64,000 bases of DNA, taken from a virus. The notes beneath the pieces are model-generated. The model ran no database searches. It was not told the origin of the DNA and worked only from the letters and a program-made list of their open reading frames with translations. A program made the translations under genes and the position numbers. The stretch covers positions 676 through 64,675 of IMG/VR virus record IMGVR_UViG_3300048074_000027; one strand, 5' to 3'. Positions 48,796-59,803 of this stretch are shown here, one piece after another (the stretch's first letter is position 1; the number at the start of each line of letters is the position of its first letter).

Positions 48796-49137
48796 TTATC
48801 CCGCCCTTCCTCTCAAGAATTCCTCAAGCCGTTTCTGGTCAGCCGCGCACCAATACGCGCAACTGCATTCGTATCCGTAAGCATTCGTCGCCAAGCAGAC
48901 AACAAAATACTTATGTTTATAATAGCGGCACGGGACAGCTTCCGCGCAGCAAACATATCCCACTGGCCACGTTTCGCCAGCGCATTGAATCGGGTTATAC
49001 GTACAGCCACAGTCTTGCGCGACGGCGGCAGTGATTGGCGGCTTGTCGGCGGTTGCGTACTTCGCGCTCGCTGTGCTGTAGCCGATAGTAAAACTGGCGA
49101 CGAAGGCCAGAAGGGAAATGATAATGATTCGTTTCAA
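48796..49137 (-). CDS. Secreted Cys-rich protein (10 Cys)
   Basis: Signal peptide ending ASA-K. Confidence 0.65.
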   Translation of the reverse strand: MKRIIIISLLAFVASFTIGYSTASAKYATADKPPITAAVAQDCGCTYNPIQCAGETWPVGYVCCAEAVPCRYYKHKYFVVCLATNAYGYECSCAYWCAADQKRLEEFLRGRAG

Positions 49138-50270
49138 GTAGTCTCCTGTTTAGTTGGTTTACATTTACATTTGCCGAGTACGACTTGTACGGGCGAATCC
49201 ATAAGCGAGATTTGGCAGTCCGCTTTGCTGGCAAATTGAATTGCCTTGCCCATATTCTTCGGATCGCTACGTTCAGGATCGTATGCGGCGATATTGTCGC
49301 CACATTTACAGATTACGACAAAAGCTTTCTTGCTCATTCGCTATTACCCTTTTGAATTGAACGCCAAGCCGCTTCCGCGATGATGGCGGGATCGGCTGTC
49401 ATAAAAACTTTAACGCGCAAGTCATCGCGACCACGCCAAGAATCTATTTTCTCGCCTGATAGTTTCCACGCATTCTTTATTGCCACGTCGAAAAGCGCAT
49501 CGTCCGCCGCAATCCACACCTTCAGCGCGTGGCAGGCTTCGTGATCGGTGTAGGGGTCGGGCAACCGCTCACATGTCCAAATATCTTCTGGCTCACCGTG
49601 TATGCAGCCATAACTGCCATCCGGTGCGATAAGACAGAATTCCGATGGCTTTACCTCCTGCATCGCCCATCCCATCGCCTTCGCCAGTTCCGCGCACTTC
49701 TCGGCCTGTGTTGGTTCGGTCATTCGTTCTCCTTTTGCGCCAATCCAAGCTTGGCGATGGTGGCGTCGAGTTCTTGCCGGGCTAAGTCCGTTGCTGCCCG
49801 CCACGGAATGCTTGCGCCTTCACCGTCTGCTCTTAACGTGTAGCCTCCCCGCAACGCGGCCAGCGCGTCGGCGACGGTTTGGCGGAAGTTCACGGCGCTA
49901 TCATACTCGTTTGCCAACGCTTCCAAATTATCCGGGCTGATTGTAACGGGCCTACCAGGGTACGTCAGACGTGCAATCTCTGCACGGATAATCTTGACCG
50001 TATGGGCGGCTAGTTCTGATTGTGCAACATCTGATTTTCTGTTCATTCGCTCTCCTTTGCGCTGACGGCGGGCGCGGGCTGTCTGACGCAATTACACCCG
50101 CCAAGTGTGACAGTCTGGCGAGTCACACCAATCCTTAGTCCCATCCGCGCAGCGTAAACAGCAGCGCGGCCAATGTCGGCCATTACCTCATCCGTGTCGT
50201 GAAGGACATAGCCAGCCGTGAATGACCGGCAAGTACGACAACTAACTGTGAAGATTTCTGGGTTGTTCAT
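49134..50270 (-). CDS. Four small hypothetical genes (49134..49337, 49334..49723, 49720..50046, 50043..50270)
   Basis: Chain of 4-nt overlaps. Confidence 0.6.
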
Positions 50271-50316
50271 TTTTCTACCTCATAAAAAAGTCACATTGCT
50301 TTTGGTAAGTTCCCAA

Positions 50317-50829
50317 TCATCTTCTGCCTTCTAAGTAACTATCCTTGAACAGGTTAGGAAAGGCTACGGCTAAAAGGCTATCGTCTCGTTTACACGGATG
50401 ACTGTCTGGCATCAATTGCCGCAAATCCGCACGCTGAAGTTCTTGATATTTCAGCCATCGCATTTTCTTGTCTGGGTATTGATGACGAAGAATAGATTTC
50501 TGAATCGCGTCTTTGTCTCGCTTCCGCCAAGTGTGACTCATTACTTGGCGATTCAATAGCGGCTTGTTTTCGACAATCGCAAACTTTTCCACTTCCCAAA
50601 GTTCAATACGCCGAACCTGCAACCACGCGATCTTAGTTGCGCCTTCCGCCGCTGCTTTCTTTATGTGATGATGATTCACCCAGCGCGCTCTTATATTCTG
50701 CGCTGAGCCGATATAGAGAAGCCTACGTTCGGCCATCACAAAATAGACGCCCCAAGTATCGGGTAGTTTGTCACGCTCACTAAAAGCGACAGAGGGCAAT
50801 CCGTGAAAGGTGAGCGGCAAGAATCTCAT
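50317..50829 (-). CDS. GIY-YIG nuclease-domain protein
   Basis: GVYFV...LLYIGSAQNIRARW...E...N. Confidence 0.8.
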   Translation of the reverse strand: MRFLPLTFHGLPSVAFSERDKLPDTWGVYFVMAERRLLYIGSAQNIRARWVNHHHIKKAAAEGATKIAWLQVRRIELWEVEKFAIVENKPLLNRQVMSHTWRKRDKDAIQKSILRHQYPDKKMRWLKYQELQRADLRQLMPDSHPCKRDDSLLAVAFPNLFKDSYLEGRR

Positions 50830-51041
50830 ATCTTTAGAAGCTTCTCGGTGATTACGCCTCGGCGCTCTAGCACGATCAATTGTAGCGCCCGTTTCAACAT
50901 AGCTGGATGACGCGGTTTTCGTCTGCCGGTATACCAAGCCATCACCACCTTATCATTCGCATCTAATTGTTCAGCCAGCCGGGAATAGGTCAGTCCGGTT
51001 GCGTCAATCAGTCCGCGAAGTTCAATATCAATCTCATTCAT
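50826..51041 (-). CDS. Small HTH protein coupled to the GIY-YIG gene
   Basis: GLTYSRLAEQLD...VMAWYTGRRKP; ATGA overlap. Confidence 0.75.
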   Translation of the reverse strand: MNEIDIELRGLIDATGLTYSRLAEQLDANDKVVMAWYTGRRKPRHPAMLKRALQLIVLERRGVITEKLLKI

Positions 51042-51344
51042 CGGCAGGGAATATAGCACAACCTTACCGCTTTGTGTAGATAAAAAGGTATACTTAGTGA
51101 GACCGATAACGGTTCTTATGACAAGTTACCCTAAATAATGTGCTGCCATTTCTTATACCATTCCCAAAGCTCTTTCGCGGCCTCATCCTTCAATGCGCCC
51201 GTAACTTCAAACTTCGAGATCATTTTGATCGCATTCCGCTCCCGCTGTTCTTTCGTTAAATGCCTGCCATCTAGTGATAACTGCCAAATAAACGCGCCAT
51301 CTCTTTTGCGATGTCTTTATGTTCTTTGCTGATTGGAATTGCCA

Positions 51345-53520
51345 TTAGCTTTTAACCTCCACATGCCGCACACATCCCGGCACTTTACACAGAATCCTAA
51401 ACTTCGCGCCCATCGGCACAATCTGCCCGCGCATCTCAATCGCAAACCGGCGCGGCTTCACGATGCGGCCATCGCCTGCGTTGAAGTTGACGCCCTCGAA
51501 TATCTGGCAAGGATCACGAAGGCCCTCTGGCGCATCCTGCTCGCGCAGCAAAGCTCGGAACCGCTCGTTTGCGTCGGTAACAGTGCGCGGCGCTTGGTTT
51601 TTCACGGTGAAGCCGTCGCGGTTTATGCGAAATTCGGTTTGCATAATTTACTCCCTATTGGATTGACTATAGCTGACAATTAAACATCGTCTATTTTATC
51701 AAATCTCACGCATGGACAGTCGCCGATCATTTCATTTATGAACGCTTCGCACTCACCGTCAGCAGGATGAGATTCTCTCCGATGCGTACAGGTACACATA
51801 TCGCTTGCGCTATCGTCACAGCAGGCTACGGCATCGGACTCGCTATCGTGTTCCTCTTCGCATTCACCGCAAACATACACGCGCCTGACTGGTTCTTTAC
51901 AGCAAACCTCGGCTTCGCCATGCGTCTCACATAACGTCCCACAGTGCGGACATTTCCATTGTTCTTTTGCGTTCACTTACTCAACCTCCTTGCCGGCAAT
52001 CAGCCGGTGTGCTTCGTAAAAATCTTGCGCTGTCGTCACGCCCCTTAGCCATACCATTGCCGATCCGGTAAACAGCCAGACGCGAAACGGATGCAAAGGA
52101 TGCTCGTTGAATCGAACGCCGATTCTGCGTTCCGGCGGGTGTAGTTCATTATCGCTGCCAATTTCCATCCAGTATTCCGGGCAAGGCGTCTCAAAATTCG
52201 GGTACCAGGTGATGTTTTTAAGCCCTGTTACCTGACACCATTTTTCAGTAATCGCTTCACTCATTCGCTCGCGCCTCCCCGCGCTTTACTGTCCGCAAAA
52301 TCAGATTGCCTTTTCACCTCGCAAGACATCCGATGGTGCGGCCATTTCACGTCGTATCCGGCCCGCCTCATTGTGGCATCTATATCCACATTGCAGAGGC
52401 AATAATTATCCTCTTCGTCACCGGGTTCGGATGCGTTTTCAGCGTCCCAAAACTTGATAGAGTCATTGCCGACCAGCGCCCGAAGCTGCCCAAGCGTTTC
52501 AATCTCTGTTTCATTGCCAATATAGATCGAGATGCACATTTTAACCTTCCGCCTCCAATTCCTCCGGCCACTCTTCCGCCAACACCAACTCATCGCTTGC
52601 CGCGCCGCCTACGTGGTCACACGGCATCCGGCCTTCGACTCGGAAGCGCCAGGATTCCGTAACCACGCGCTCCGCATCTTCGGCAGCGGTAACGATTGCG
52701 CCGGACTTGAGGCGCACCGTGTCACCTTTGCGGATTTGGTCAAGTCGTTTGGTCATTTAAGCTCCACTTTTCCAAAACCACACCGACACAGCGCAGCTTT
52801 GGTTAATTCCTCAACCATCAGTGCGAGCGACTCGCTTAGTGTAAACCGCTCGCTTCCTTCGCCGGAAAGCCACATCTTGCCATCATCAATAATCAGCGCT
52901 ACCGTACTCGGGATGTTCGGCGACTTGTCATCGTGGCTGCGGACATTGATCGCCGCGTCAAGCAATTCTTCTATCGTTTCAAACACAATTATATTTTTCA
53001 TTCAGCCCTCATACTTATCGCCCTTGTGATACTTCCCCGCTGGCACGGCAACAAAGAACCGATCCTCGACGCCTTGCCGAGCGATGGCCATCTTAATAAT
53101 CCCTTCGGCGGCATCTTCTGTTTTATTCGGCTCAAGCCAAAGGATTTCGCCGCTGTCGGAGCTGACGGCGATTGCGTCAAAGAATTGGTGCATCTGAACA
53201 TCTTCAACAAGCCAAAACTTAGGCGTCAAATTGTGCTTTTCCATCCACGCCTTAAATGTCTTCCGCAGCCCTTCGGTCAACTCGTCAACTTGTTCTTTTG
53301 AAGCTTCTGGCCAATCTTCAGCTTGCTCAATGTAAAAGTCTTCAAGTTGGCAAATCTGTTCAATTACATCTTGGCCATCAATACCGAACATGACATCGGG
53401 CGGACGATTCTCCCCCGTCCAAAACTTGCTCAGCCCTTCCGCTCTAGCTTCCGCAATCGCAAGCTCTCGCGTTGCAAATTCGCCGGTGTAGTGTTCTTCG
53501 TTATGTGAGTATGAAAACAT
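51345..53520 (-). CDS. Small hypothetical genes (51345..51644, 51680..51976 Zn-finger, 51977..52264, 52261..~52539, 52541..52756, 52753..53001, 53002..53520)
   Basis: Abutting ORFs with RBS motifs. Confidence 0.6.
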
Positions 53521-53857
53521 TATCGCCTCCCCTCATCCGCAGTTTCCCGCTATCCGTTATCGCGCCCATCTTCTCGACCTGCTTTTCCAGCAACGGCTCA
53601 AGCGCGATGCCGAAGCGGTCAGCAAGCGCCGCCGCGTTAAAGATGATTGCCGCAAGCTGCACTTTCGCTGCCTCGCTGTAGGACTGGCGAAATATCATCA
53701 TTGCGGCGTCATTGAATGGGCGCGTGGTCACATCTTCAGCGGCAAGCTGCGTCTTGGCCATTTCGCCCATTGCAATCATCAAGTTCATTGTGAGCCTGTC
53801 AGCCGTAAGCCCTTCGGCGTTGCGGGCGGCGGCGGATTGGTAGTGTTCGAGGTTCAT
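53501..53857 (-). CDS. MazG-like protein with degenerate catalytic motif
   Basis: MNLEHYQ..A.R...GE...LA.RFGIALE pattern; acidic metal ligands largely replaced. Confidence 0.55.
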   Translation of the reverse strand: MNLEHYQSAAARNAEGLTADRLTMNLMIAMGEMAKTQLAAEDVTTRPFNDAAMMIFRQSYSEAAKVQLAAIIFNAAALADRFGIALEPLLEKQVEKMGAITDSGKLRMRGGDNVFILT

Positions 53858-53861
53858 TGCG

Positions 53862-54928
53862 TTAGCCTTCGTTCTTCGCACTAGCGATAGCACTTTTCAG
53901 CGCTGTTACCAATTGAGCGGGGAAACTATATTCCCCCTGTTCAATTTTCATCCGGTGATATTTAAGCGCGAACTCACACGCTGCGAGTAAATCAGGCGCA
54001 GCGGCAATTAAAAGCGCATTGGCCTTCTGAGTTTCAACGCCGTGAGTCCCGCCGCCTTTCCAAAGGGAGGCAATCGGAGTCTCCGCGCCGTGGTCTGCTT
54101 TTACAATATGCCCTTCAATTGCGGCGGCCAGCACATTCAAGTGAGCCTTCCACGGCCCCAATGTATGTTTCGGTTTAGTCATTTTTCTTCCTCTCGTTCC
54201 CTGTATAATGTAACCCGCTCCAAGCCCATCGCCGCGAGTACGGCAGGCGTGGGCACTGCCTTGTCTAACCTATCCAACGAATGGCACGGCGACTCCGCAT
54301 AGCCTAATAATCCAAACAATCACTGCTGCTGGAATTGAAAACTCGCCGAGAAAAAGCCCAGCAATCGCATCGCCATACCACGGAATATCTTTGCCAAAAA
54401 CGGCATAAAGAACGTAATCAAAACACGCGCCACCAATACCAAGATTGATAACAAGAAGGATTAAGACTGCCACTAGCTTGCTCATTTTATGCTCCCTTTT
54501 TTACTGGTTAGTGAGATTTTAGCCGCGTAAAGCACCTGCACCGCTTCTCCGATAACCGCCGCGACAGTCGGCTTGAGTTGCCCGGCACTAACCGCCGCTT
54601 CTCGGATTTCTTCGATTTGCTGGCGGCATTGCGCGGATAAGTGTAGGTTGGTTCGATTTGCTTTTGTGTTGAATTTATTTGGCATTTTCCTTGCTCACCG
54701 CGCTCCAGTTCGTGCGTAAATCACAGTTTCGGTATGATCGTAGTTTTCCCCGGCTGATTGATCTTCCCGCCCTTCCGTCCATACGATTGATTTAACCGTA
54801 TGCCCGTCTCGTATCGTTGCGCCGTCACCAAGAAGCATGACGATCATCGCGGCTAGTCCGACATCTTTCGCGGACGCCTGATACTGGCCTTCGCTATCAT
54901 AGATTTTCCAACGTGGTGAAGCTGCCAT
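53862..54928 (-). CDS. Four small genes (53862..54182, 54270..54485 two-TM, 54482..54685, 54695..54928)
   Basis: HT.GPW...ANA.LIAAAPDLL motif in 53862..54182 is common in phages. Confidence 0.6.
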
Positions 54929-54960
54929 TCTCTGACTCCTTATTTATCGGCGAATTAGTT

Positions 54961-55008
54961 ACCGTATCAACGGTAAACACAATAACGCCGCAATGCGTCT
55001 TTTGTCAA
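54961..55008 (-). promoter_or_regulatory. Promoter TTGACA-18-TATTGT with ACCGT-N4-ACGGT palindrome at the start site
   Basis: Consensus hexamers; palindrome at 54961-54974. Confidence 0.7.
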
Positions 55009-55017
55009 GAAAAAAAA

Positions 55018-55655
55018 TCAGCCTTCCCGCTTCCACTTCTGCCAATCCCTGAGCGCCGCAAATGCCGCCGATTCCGTGGCCGGTGATTGCGCTTCCTCTT
55101 CCGCGACGGCAAGCGCAATGGCGCGAAGTAGCGCCATCTCATCGGACTGCTTCTGCATCGCTTCCGTTGCGGCGACAATGTCTGCCCAGCAAGCGCGGAT
55201 TTCATCGCAAAGCTTCAGGATAATAGGCTCGCCATATTGGCCTATCGCCTTTTGTGTTTCTTCGAGATCGTCAACGTATGATGGTGATAATCTTTCGCTC
55301 ATACTTCCTCCCTGACAACTTCAAACACTGGCTTCCCCGGCACTTCATCAGCACAGCGCCGAAGCTCGATATAATGGCCAAGTTCAGGATAGCGCTTAAT
55401 AAGTTCGCGGGATAAAAACGAAACCAAATTGTTATTCAGTTTGAATCCTTCGGCGTCTTTCTCCCACGTCGCCATTACTTGCCAGCGAACTCTCTCCGCA
55501 AGCGCTTTCATTCCGAATCGCCGCTTGCGGTTGGCCATCTCTAGTGCGAATCGCTCAAACAGCGCGAACGCTTGCGGATTGGCCGTGATCCACGCGGCTG
55601 CGGCCTTGCGTAGTTTGGCTTGCTGGTCAAAGTTGAACGCGGCTTGCTCGCTCAT
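55018..55655 (-). CDS. Two hypothetical genes (55018..55302, 55299..55655)
   Basis: 4-nt overlaps. Confidence 0.6.
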
Positions 55656-56197
55656 ACTGCATCCCCTCTGTAATACCGCTCAATTTTATCAATCGCCTCA
55701 GTTGCGGAGTAGCACACATGGACGGCGTAACCTTGCGCCTGCACGTCATCAATAAATTGCCGCTGTGCAGGCGACACCTTGCCAACTGTAGATTTCATTT
55801 CAACAAACAGGCCGTGCGCAATGCTTCCATCTTTCTGCTTTCGGGCTATTGGCAAGAATAAGTCACACACGCCTGCGGTTGTGCCGGTTCGTCGAAGCTT
55901 TCGAGCTTCCCCCAATATGCGCTTGCCACCGTTCGGGATAGCGAATAACAGATTGATGCCCGGCATTCGGCCAAGCATTACCTGATCGTCACGCCACTTG
56001 ATAACGGCGGCTTGATGCTCATCTTCGCTGATAACGAGCTTCTTTGTTCGCTTCGGCTTTGCCTTTTTCTCAATGACTGCGGCTTGCGTTCGGCGCTCGG
56101 CAACTTCCGTGTTCGCCGTTTGCCCAATTTGCTTCATCCGTCGCTGGTGCGCTTCATAATCGAAGCCCGCCGCAAACTGACTCATTGATTGTGCCAT
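55652..56197 (-). CDS. VRR-NUC nuclease (PD-(D/E)xK)
   Basis: EDEHQ, FAIPNGG, GVCDL, LFVEMK, SPAQ. Confidence 0.9.
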   Translation of the reverse strand: MAQSMSQFAAGFDYEAHQRRMKQIGQTANTEVAERRTQAAVIEKKAKPKRTKKLVISEDEHQAAVIKWRDDQVMLGRMPGINLLFAIPNGGKRILGEARKLRRTGTTAGVCDLFLPIARKQKDGSIAHGLFVEMKSTVGKVSPAQRQFIDDVQAQGYAVHVCYSATEAIDKIERYYRGDAV

Positions 56198-56785
56198 TCC
56201 ATTTCCTCCACTAAACCAGCTTTCCGCAACATCTCTTCCGCTTCCTCAGCTTCGGCAAATATCGCGGCTTCTTCCGCTTCGCAATCATCACAAAGCGGAT
56301 CGTCCAAATCGTCGGGCGCGTACACATCGCATCCGCAATGAACGCAGACCGTGTAATTGCTTTCAATTGCCATCACGCAACCTCCACAGCGGCAATCCCT
56401 AGCTGCTGCTTTGATGTTATGCTCCCGATCCTTGTCCGTAGCGAATAGCTTCTGCTTCCGCTCGGTATGTTCCCAAAAGGCTTTGCATCGCGCTCAACTG
56501 CTGGCGAAGCGATTTCACAAGTTCACCGTCGCTTTCGTGCCGCGCTTCGGCCAATCGTAGCTCAAGCATCGGCGTTGCGCATTCAATGTCCACAATGGCC
56601 TGCGTATGGTCAACTGTGCGCTTCGTACCATCGGCGATTAGCGACGTGAAGGCTTTTGCTCGCGCTTGACGGTAAGCGTGTTCCGCTTCAGCGTGCGCCC
56701 TTGCAGACGTGCGCTGGTCGTTCAGCGCTGCCTGCAATGCGGCGATGCCGTCCAGAATGTTAGATTGAAACTCAGTTGAAATCAT
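56182..56785 (-). CDS. Two hypothetical genes (56182..56376, 56417..56785)
   Basis: ORF track. Confidence 0.55.
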
Positions 56786-57177
56786 CGTGTCGCCTCCATC
56801 TCTGGGAATAACTCTTGATTGTTCTTTTTCTTTCGCCGGGTTGCCGCCGCGTTTTTCTTATGCGCTTCGTGGTCATATCGCAGATGGCAACGATTGCACA
56901 TTGCCTTGAGGTGCGATTCATCGCTGCACTTTTCGCCTGTGCGTGCGAAGCAATCGCAGATGCCGCCAGCCGCGTCTAAGTGCGCCACGGTAAGCACAAC
57001 CTTGCCTTTTGCCCAAAGCGCAGGTTGGCCGTCGCGCTCGATACAGCGGCGCGGCCCCGGATTCGTGCGGTGCAGTCCGCATTCTCCCTCACACTCGCAT
57101 TGTCCATTTGCACGCTCGCGGCGAATCTTCAGGCTGACAGTTTTCCAGTCACTAGGATATTTCGCTTTTGTCGGCAT
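56782..57177 (-). CDS. HNH-like endonuclease
   Basis: YP.DW..S...CEC...VLTVAHLD...HLKAMCNRCHLRYD. Confidence 0.8.
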   Translation of the reverse strand: MPTKAKYPSDWKTVSLKIRRERANGQCECEGECGLHRTNPGPRRCIERDGQPALWAKGKVVLTVAHLDAAGGICDCFARTGEKCSDESHLKAMCNRCHLRYDHEAHKKNAAATRRKKKNNQELFPEMEATR

Positions 57178-57363
57178 CTACGTTTCTCCTATTTATCTCT
57201 GCCCGGCTCCGATGCTTGCGCTGCGCGTTCGGAACCTGTTTCAGCCGCCGCCAGTCGCGTTTCGCTACAGCCGCGAGACACGCTTTCCGCTTGTTGGCCT
57301 TCGTGATGGCGGCAGCGATGCGGCCTTTGGCGAAGGGGCTACTCAGGCGTAAGGCGGCAAGGG

Positions 57364-58430
57364 TCATACGATAGACGACTCCCCTTGCTTCACCAAGCGA
57401 TGATCGGGCGTCAGCAAATAGCCAGTACAGCATACCCGCGCATCATCCTGATCTTGCGACCGCTGGCGACATTCGCCGCATTGATAGAGCTTTTGGATAT
57501 TCGACGCCTCGCCAGAGCATTCGCAATCCGCGCCCGCGTCGAAGAAGTCTGCTTTCAGTTGCCCTTTCGGGCTGCAAGTTAAACAGGTAAACCCGCTTTG
57601 AATAAACATCGCTTTCTCCCTCACGTAAACAGCCCCGCCTGCCTCAGCTCTTGCGCTTTCAGCCGCAGTACAATCGGCCTCCCTGGCTTCAGTGCGCGCC
57701 ACGCTTCGCCGCATTGCCCAGCACCAGCGCACAGCGGCCTGCACACGCGGCACAAGGCCATCTGGTCGCGGCAATCGCAGAAGTGCAGCGCGTCGGACGC
57801 GGGTAGACGGCGGCGCATTGGTCGCAGGCGGTCATGGATGTTTGTATCCTCTCAGTTGGGCGCGAATTTCTTTTTCGTCGTACTTCCAGCTTCCAAGCGG
57901 TTTCGCTTCGCCAGTTAGCCGTAAAAAACGCTTCACTCTTTGCGAAGATGGCTTGAGATACGTTCTGCCGCCAACCCAGATAGTCAGGCCAAAATCCTTC
58001 ACGTCTCGATATTCCCGCTTTAGTTCAAGGCTGGCCAGTTGATAGCTTGGCGTTTCCGTTAGATAGCGATCAACCAGCACTTCAGGACTAACCCGGCGGC
58101 GATCTTCCCGCACATCACCCGATCTGTTGACCGTCATCAGATACACCGTACAAAGCCCTGTTTTTGGCAACAAGCTCAGAGCTTCAAATCGTGAAAGCTT
58201 AATTGAATAGTTTTTCATCGTTCCCCCTCTTTCATCTTCGCCATCATCTCCCGCGCTTCCTTCGCCTTCGCCGCCCAGATGCGGGCTTGCCGCTGCTGGC
58301 GTGCGTCAGGAAATGTAGCGAAGGCGGCGGCAATAGTTTCGCGGCGGATGGCGATGCGACGGAGTTCTTTGATTTTTGCTTGGTTAGTCATCACGTCCTC
58401 AGTTTGAATGATTGAATCATTTGCTGCCAT
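57364..58430 (-). CDS. Hypothetical genes (57364..57609 Zn-finger, 57832..58218, 58215..58430)
   Basis: ORF track and RBS-like motifs. Confidence 0.5.
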
Positions 58431-59803
58431 TGCTCCGGCGTCCTATCGGCTTCATAAAACCACGCACGATCCGGCTTGAAGCCTACAAGCAAGCTGCCCA
58501 TTGGCCCATTGCGCTGCTTCAGGATTATCAACTCTGCTGAGTGTTGCGGCTCGGCTGTTGGATTGTCTATTTCGGGGCGATGAAGTCCGAATACCAGCGC
58601 GGCATCTTGTTCGATTTGGCCGGATTCTTTGAAGTCACGAAGCGATGGTTTATTGCCGTGCGCATCCCGGTTCAACTGCGCCAATGAAACGCCGCAAATA
58701 TCATTTTCCTTGAAAAGCTCCGTCATCCCTTTGCAAAACCGTGCAACCTCTTCCGCTCGCGTTCCTCTGCCTTTCTCGCCGTCGCCAAGCTGCAAATAGT
58801 CCGTGAAAACCATATCTGGCATCTGGCCTTCTGCCTGCTTAATCACCCGGATTGCCTGACGAATCTTTGCCACGGACAGTCCGCATCGGTCATCAAAATG
58901 AACGCGCATTTTAGCGACGATTTCTTCCGAATAATGCACGCGCCGCCATTCATCCGGCGAAAGGTTGCCGCGATGCAGTTCAAGCGCGTCAACATCGGCC
59001 AAGATTGCCACCATTCGCCGCATTAGCTGTTTTGCGGGCATTTCCATCGAAAACCAGACAATCAACGGCGGCTTGCCATCTTCGCGGACGTTCCACTTGC
59101 TCAAGCTCGCGTAAAGCGTAAGCGACAATCCAAACGCAGTCTTGCCAACGCCAGGACGCGCCCCAATGACTGTGTGAAACTTCCGCTCAAGGCCAAGCGT
59201 CATCCGGTCAATTCCGTGAAAGCCTGTCGAGAAGCCGACAACGGGCCGGTCAGAGTTCATCCGGCTTTCTACTTCCGCGATGTAATCTGAAAAAACTGCG
59301 CCAGCGCTTTGCCAGCTTGATTCGCCGTCATCGCACACGCCGGACAATTCGCGCTCAATCTCTGCAATCTGAAACTCTGTCGAGTCTTCATCGTCAAAAG
59401 CTCGCATCACAGCTTCGTAGCCGATGGAAATAAGCTTCCGAAGTTGCGCCTTCTGTCTCACGATTTTGACGTAAGCCTCTATCCGCGAGAAACGAGGCAC
59501 ACCATCAAACAAACTGGCGATATAGGCAGCGCCGCCGATGCGTTCAAGATCAAGCGTCCGGCGTAATTCTTCCTGAAGCGTGAGCGGGTCAATGCCAGTT
59601 TTCCAAATGCGTTTCATCGCGGCGAATATGATCTTATGCGACGGCGTGTAGAATTCATCTTCGCTCAGTAGCGCCGCCTGCTCCATTAGCGAATTGTCGA
59701 GAATAATACAGCCGAGTATCGTTCGCTCATTGTCCACGCTGGACGGCATCGGGCGGTCAAGAAACACATCGGAAAAGCGGGATACTTGTTTCAGAGTAGA
59801 CAT
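58391..59803 (-). CDS. dnaB: Replicative DNA helicase
   Basis: GARPGVGKT, FSMEM, DYLQL, LAQLNR, SGQIEQDA, KQRNGP. Confidence 0.95.
   Translation of the reverse strand: MSTLKQVSRFSDVFLDRPMPSSVDNERTILGCIILDNSLMEQAALLSEDEFYTPSHKIIFAAMKRIWKTGIDPLTLQEELRRTLDLERIGGAAYIASLFDGVPRFSRIEAYVKIVRQKAQLRKLISIGYEAVMRAFDDEDSTEFQIAEIERELSGVCDDGESSWQSAGAVFSDYIAEVESRMNSDRPVVGFSTGFHGIDRMTLGLERKFHTVIGARPGVGKTAFGLSLTLYASLSKWNVREDGKPPLIVWFSMEMPAKQLMRRMVAILADVDALELHRGNLSPDEWRRVHYSEEIVAKMRVHFDDRCGLSVAKIRQAIRVIKQAEGQMPDMVFTDYLQLGDGEKGRGTRAEEVARFCKGMTELFKENDICGVSLAQLNRDAHGNKPSLRDFKESGQIEQDAALVFGLHRPEIDNPTAEPQHSAELIILKQRNGPMGSLLVGFKPDRAWFYEADRTPEQWQQMIQSFKLRT

Noticed and set aside
49548-49565. TGTAGGGGTCGG as another element core
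   Set aside because: No flanking A or B similarity; lies in ordinary coding sequence.
51138-51345. Possible frameshifted small gene (MAIPISKEHK... joining a WEWYKKW frame)
   Set aside because: No canonical slippery heptamer; could be two micro-ORFs or a decayed gene.
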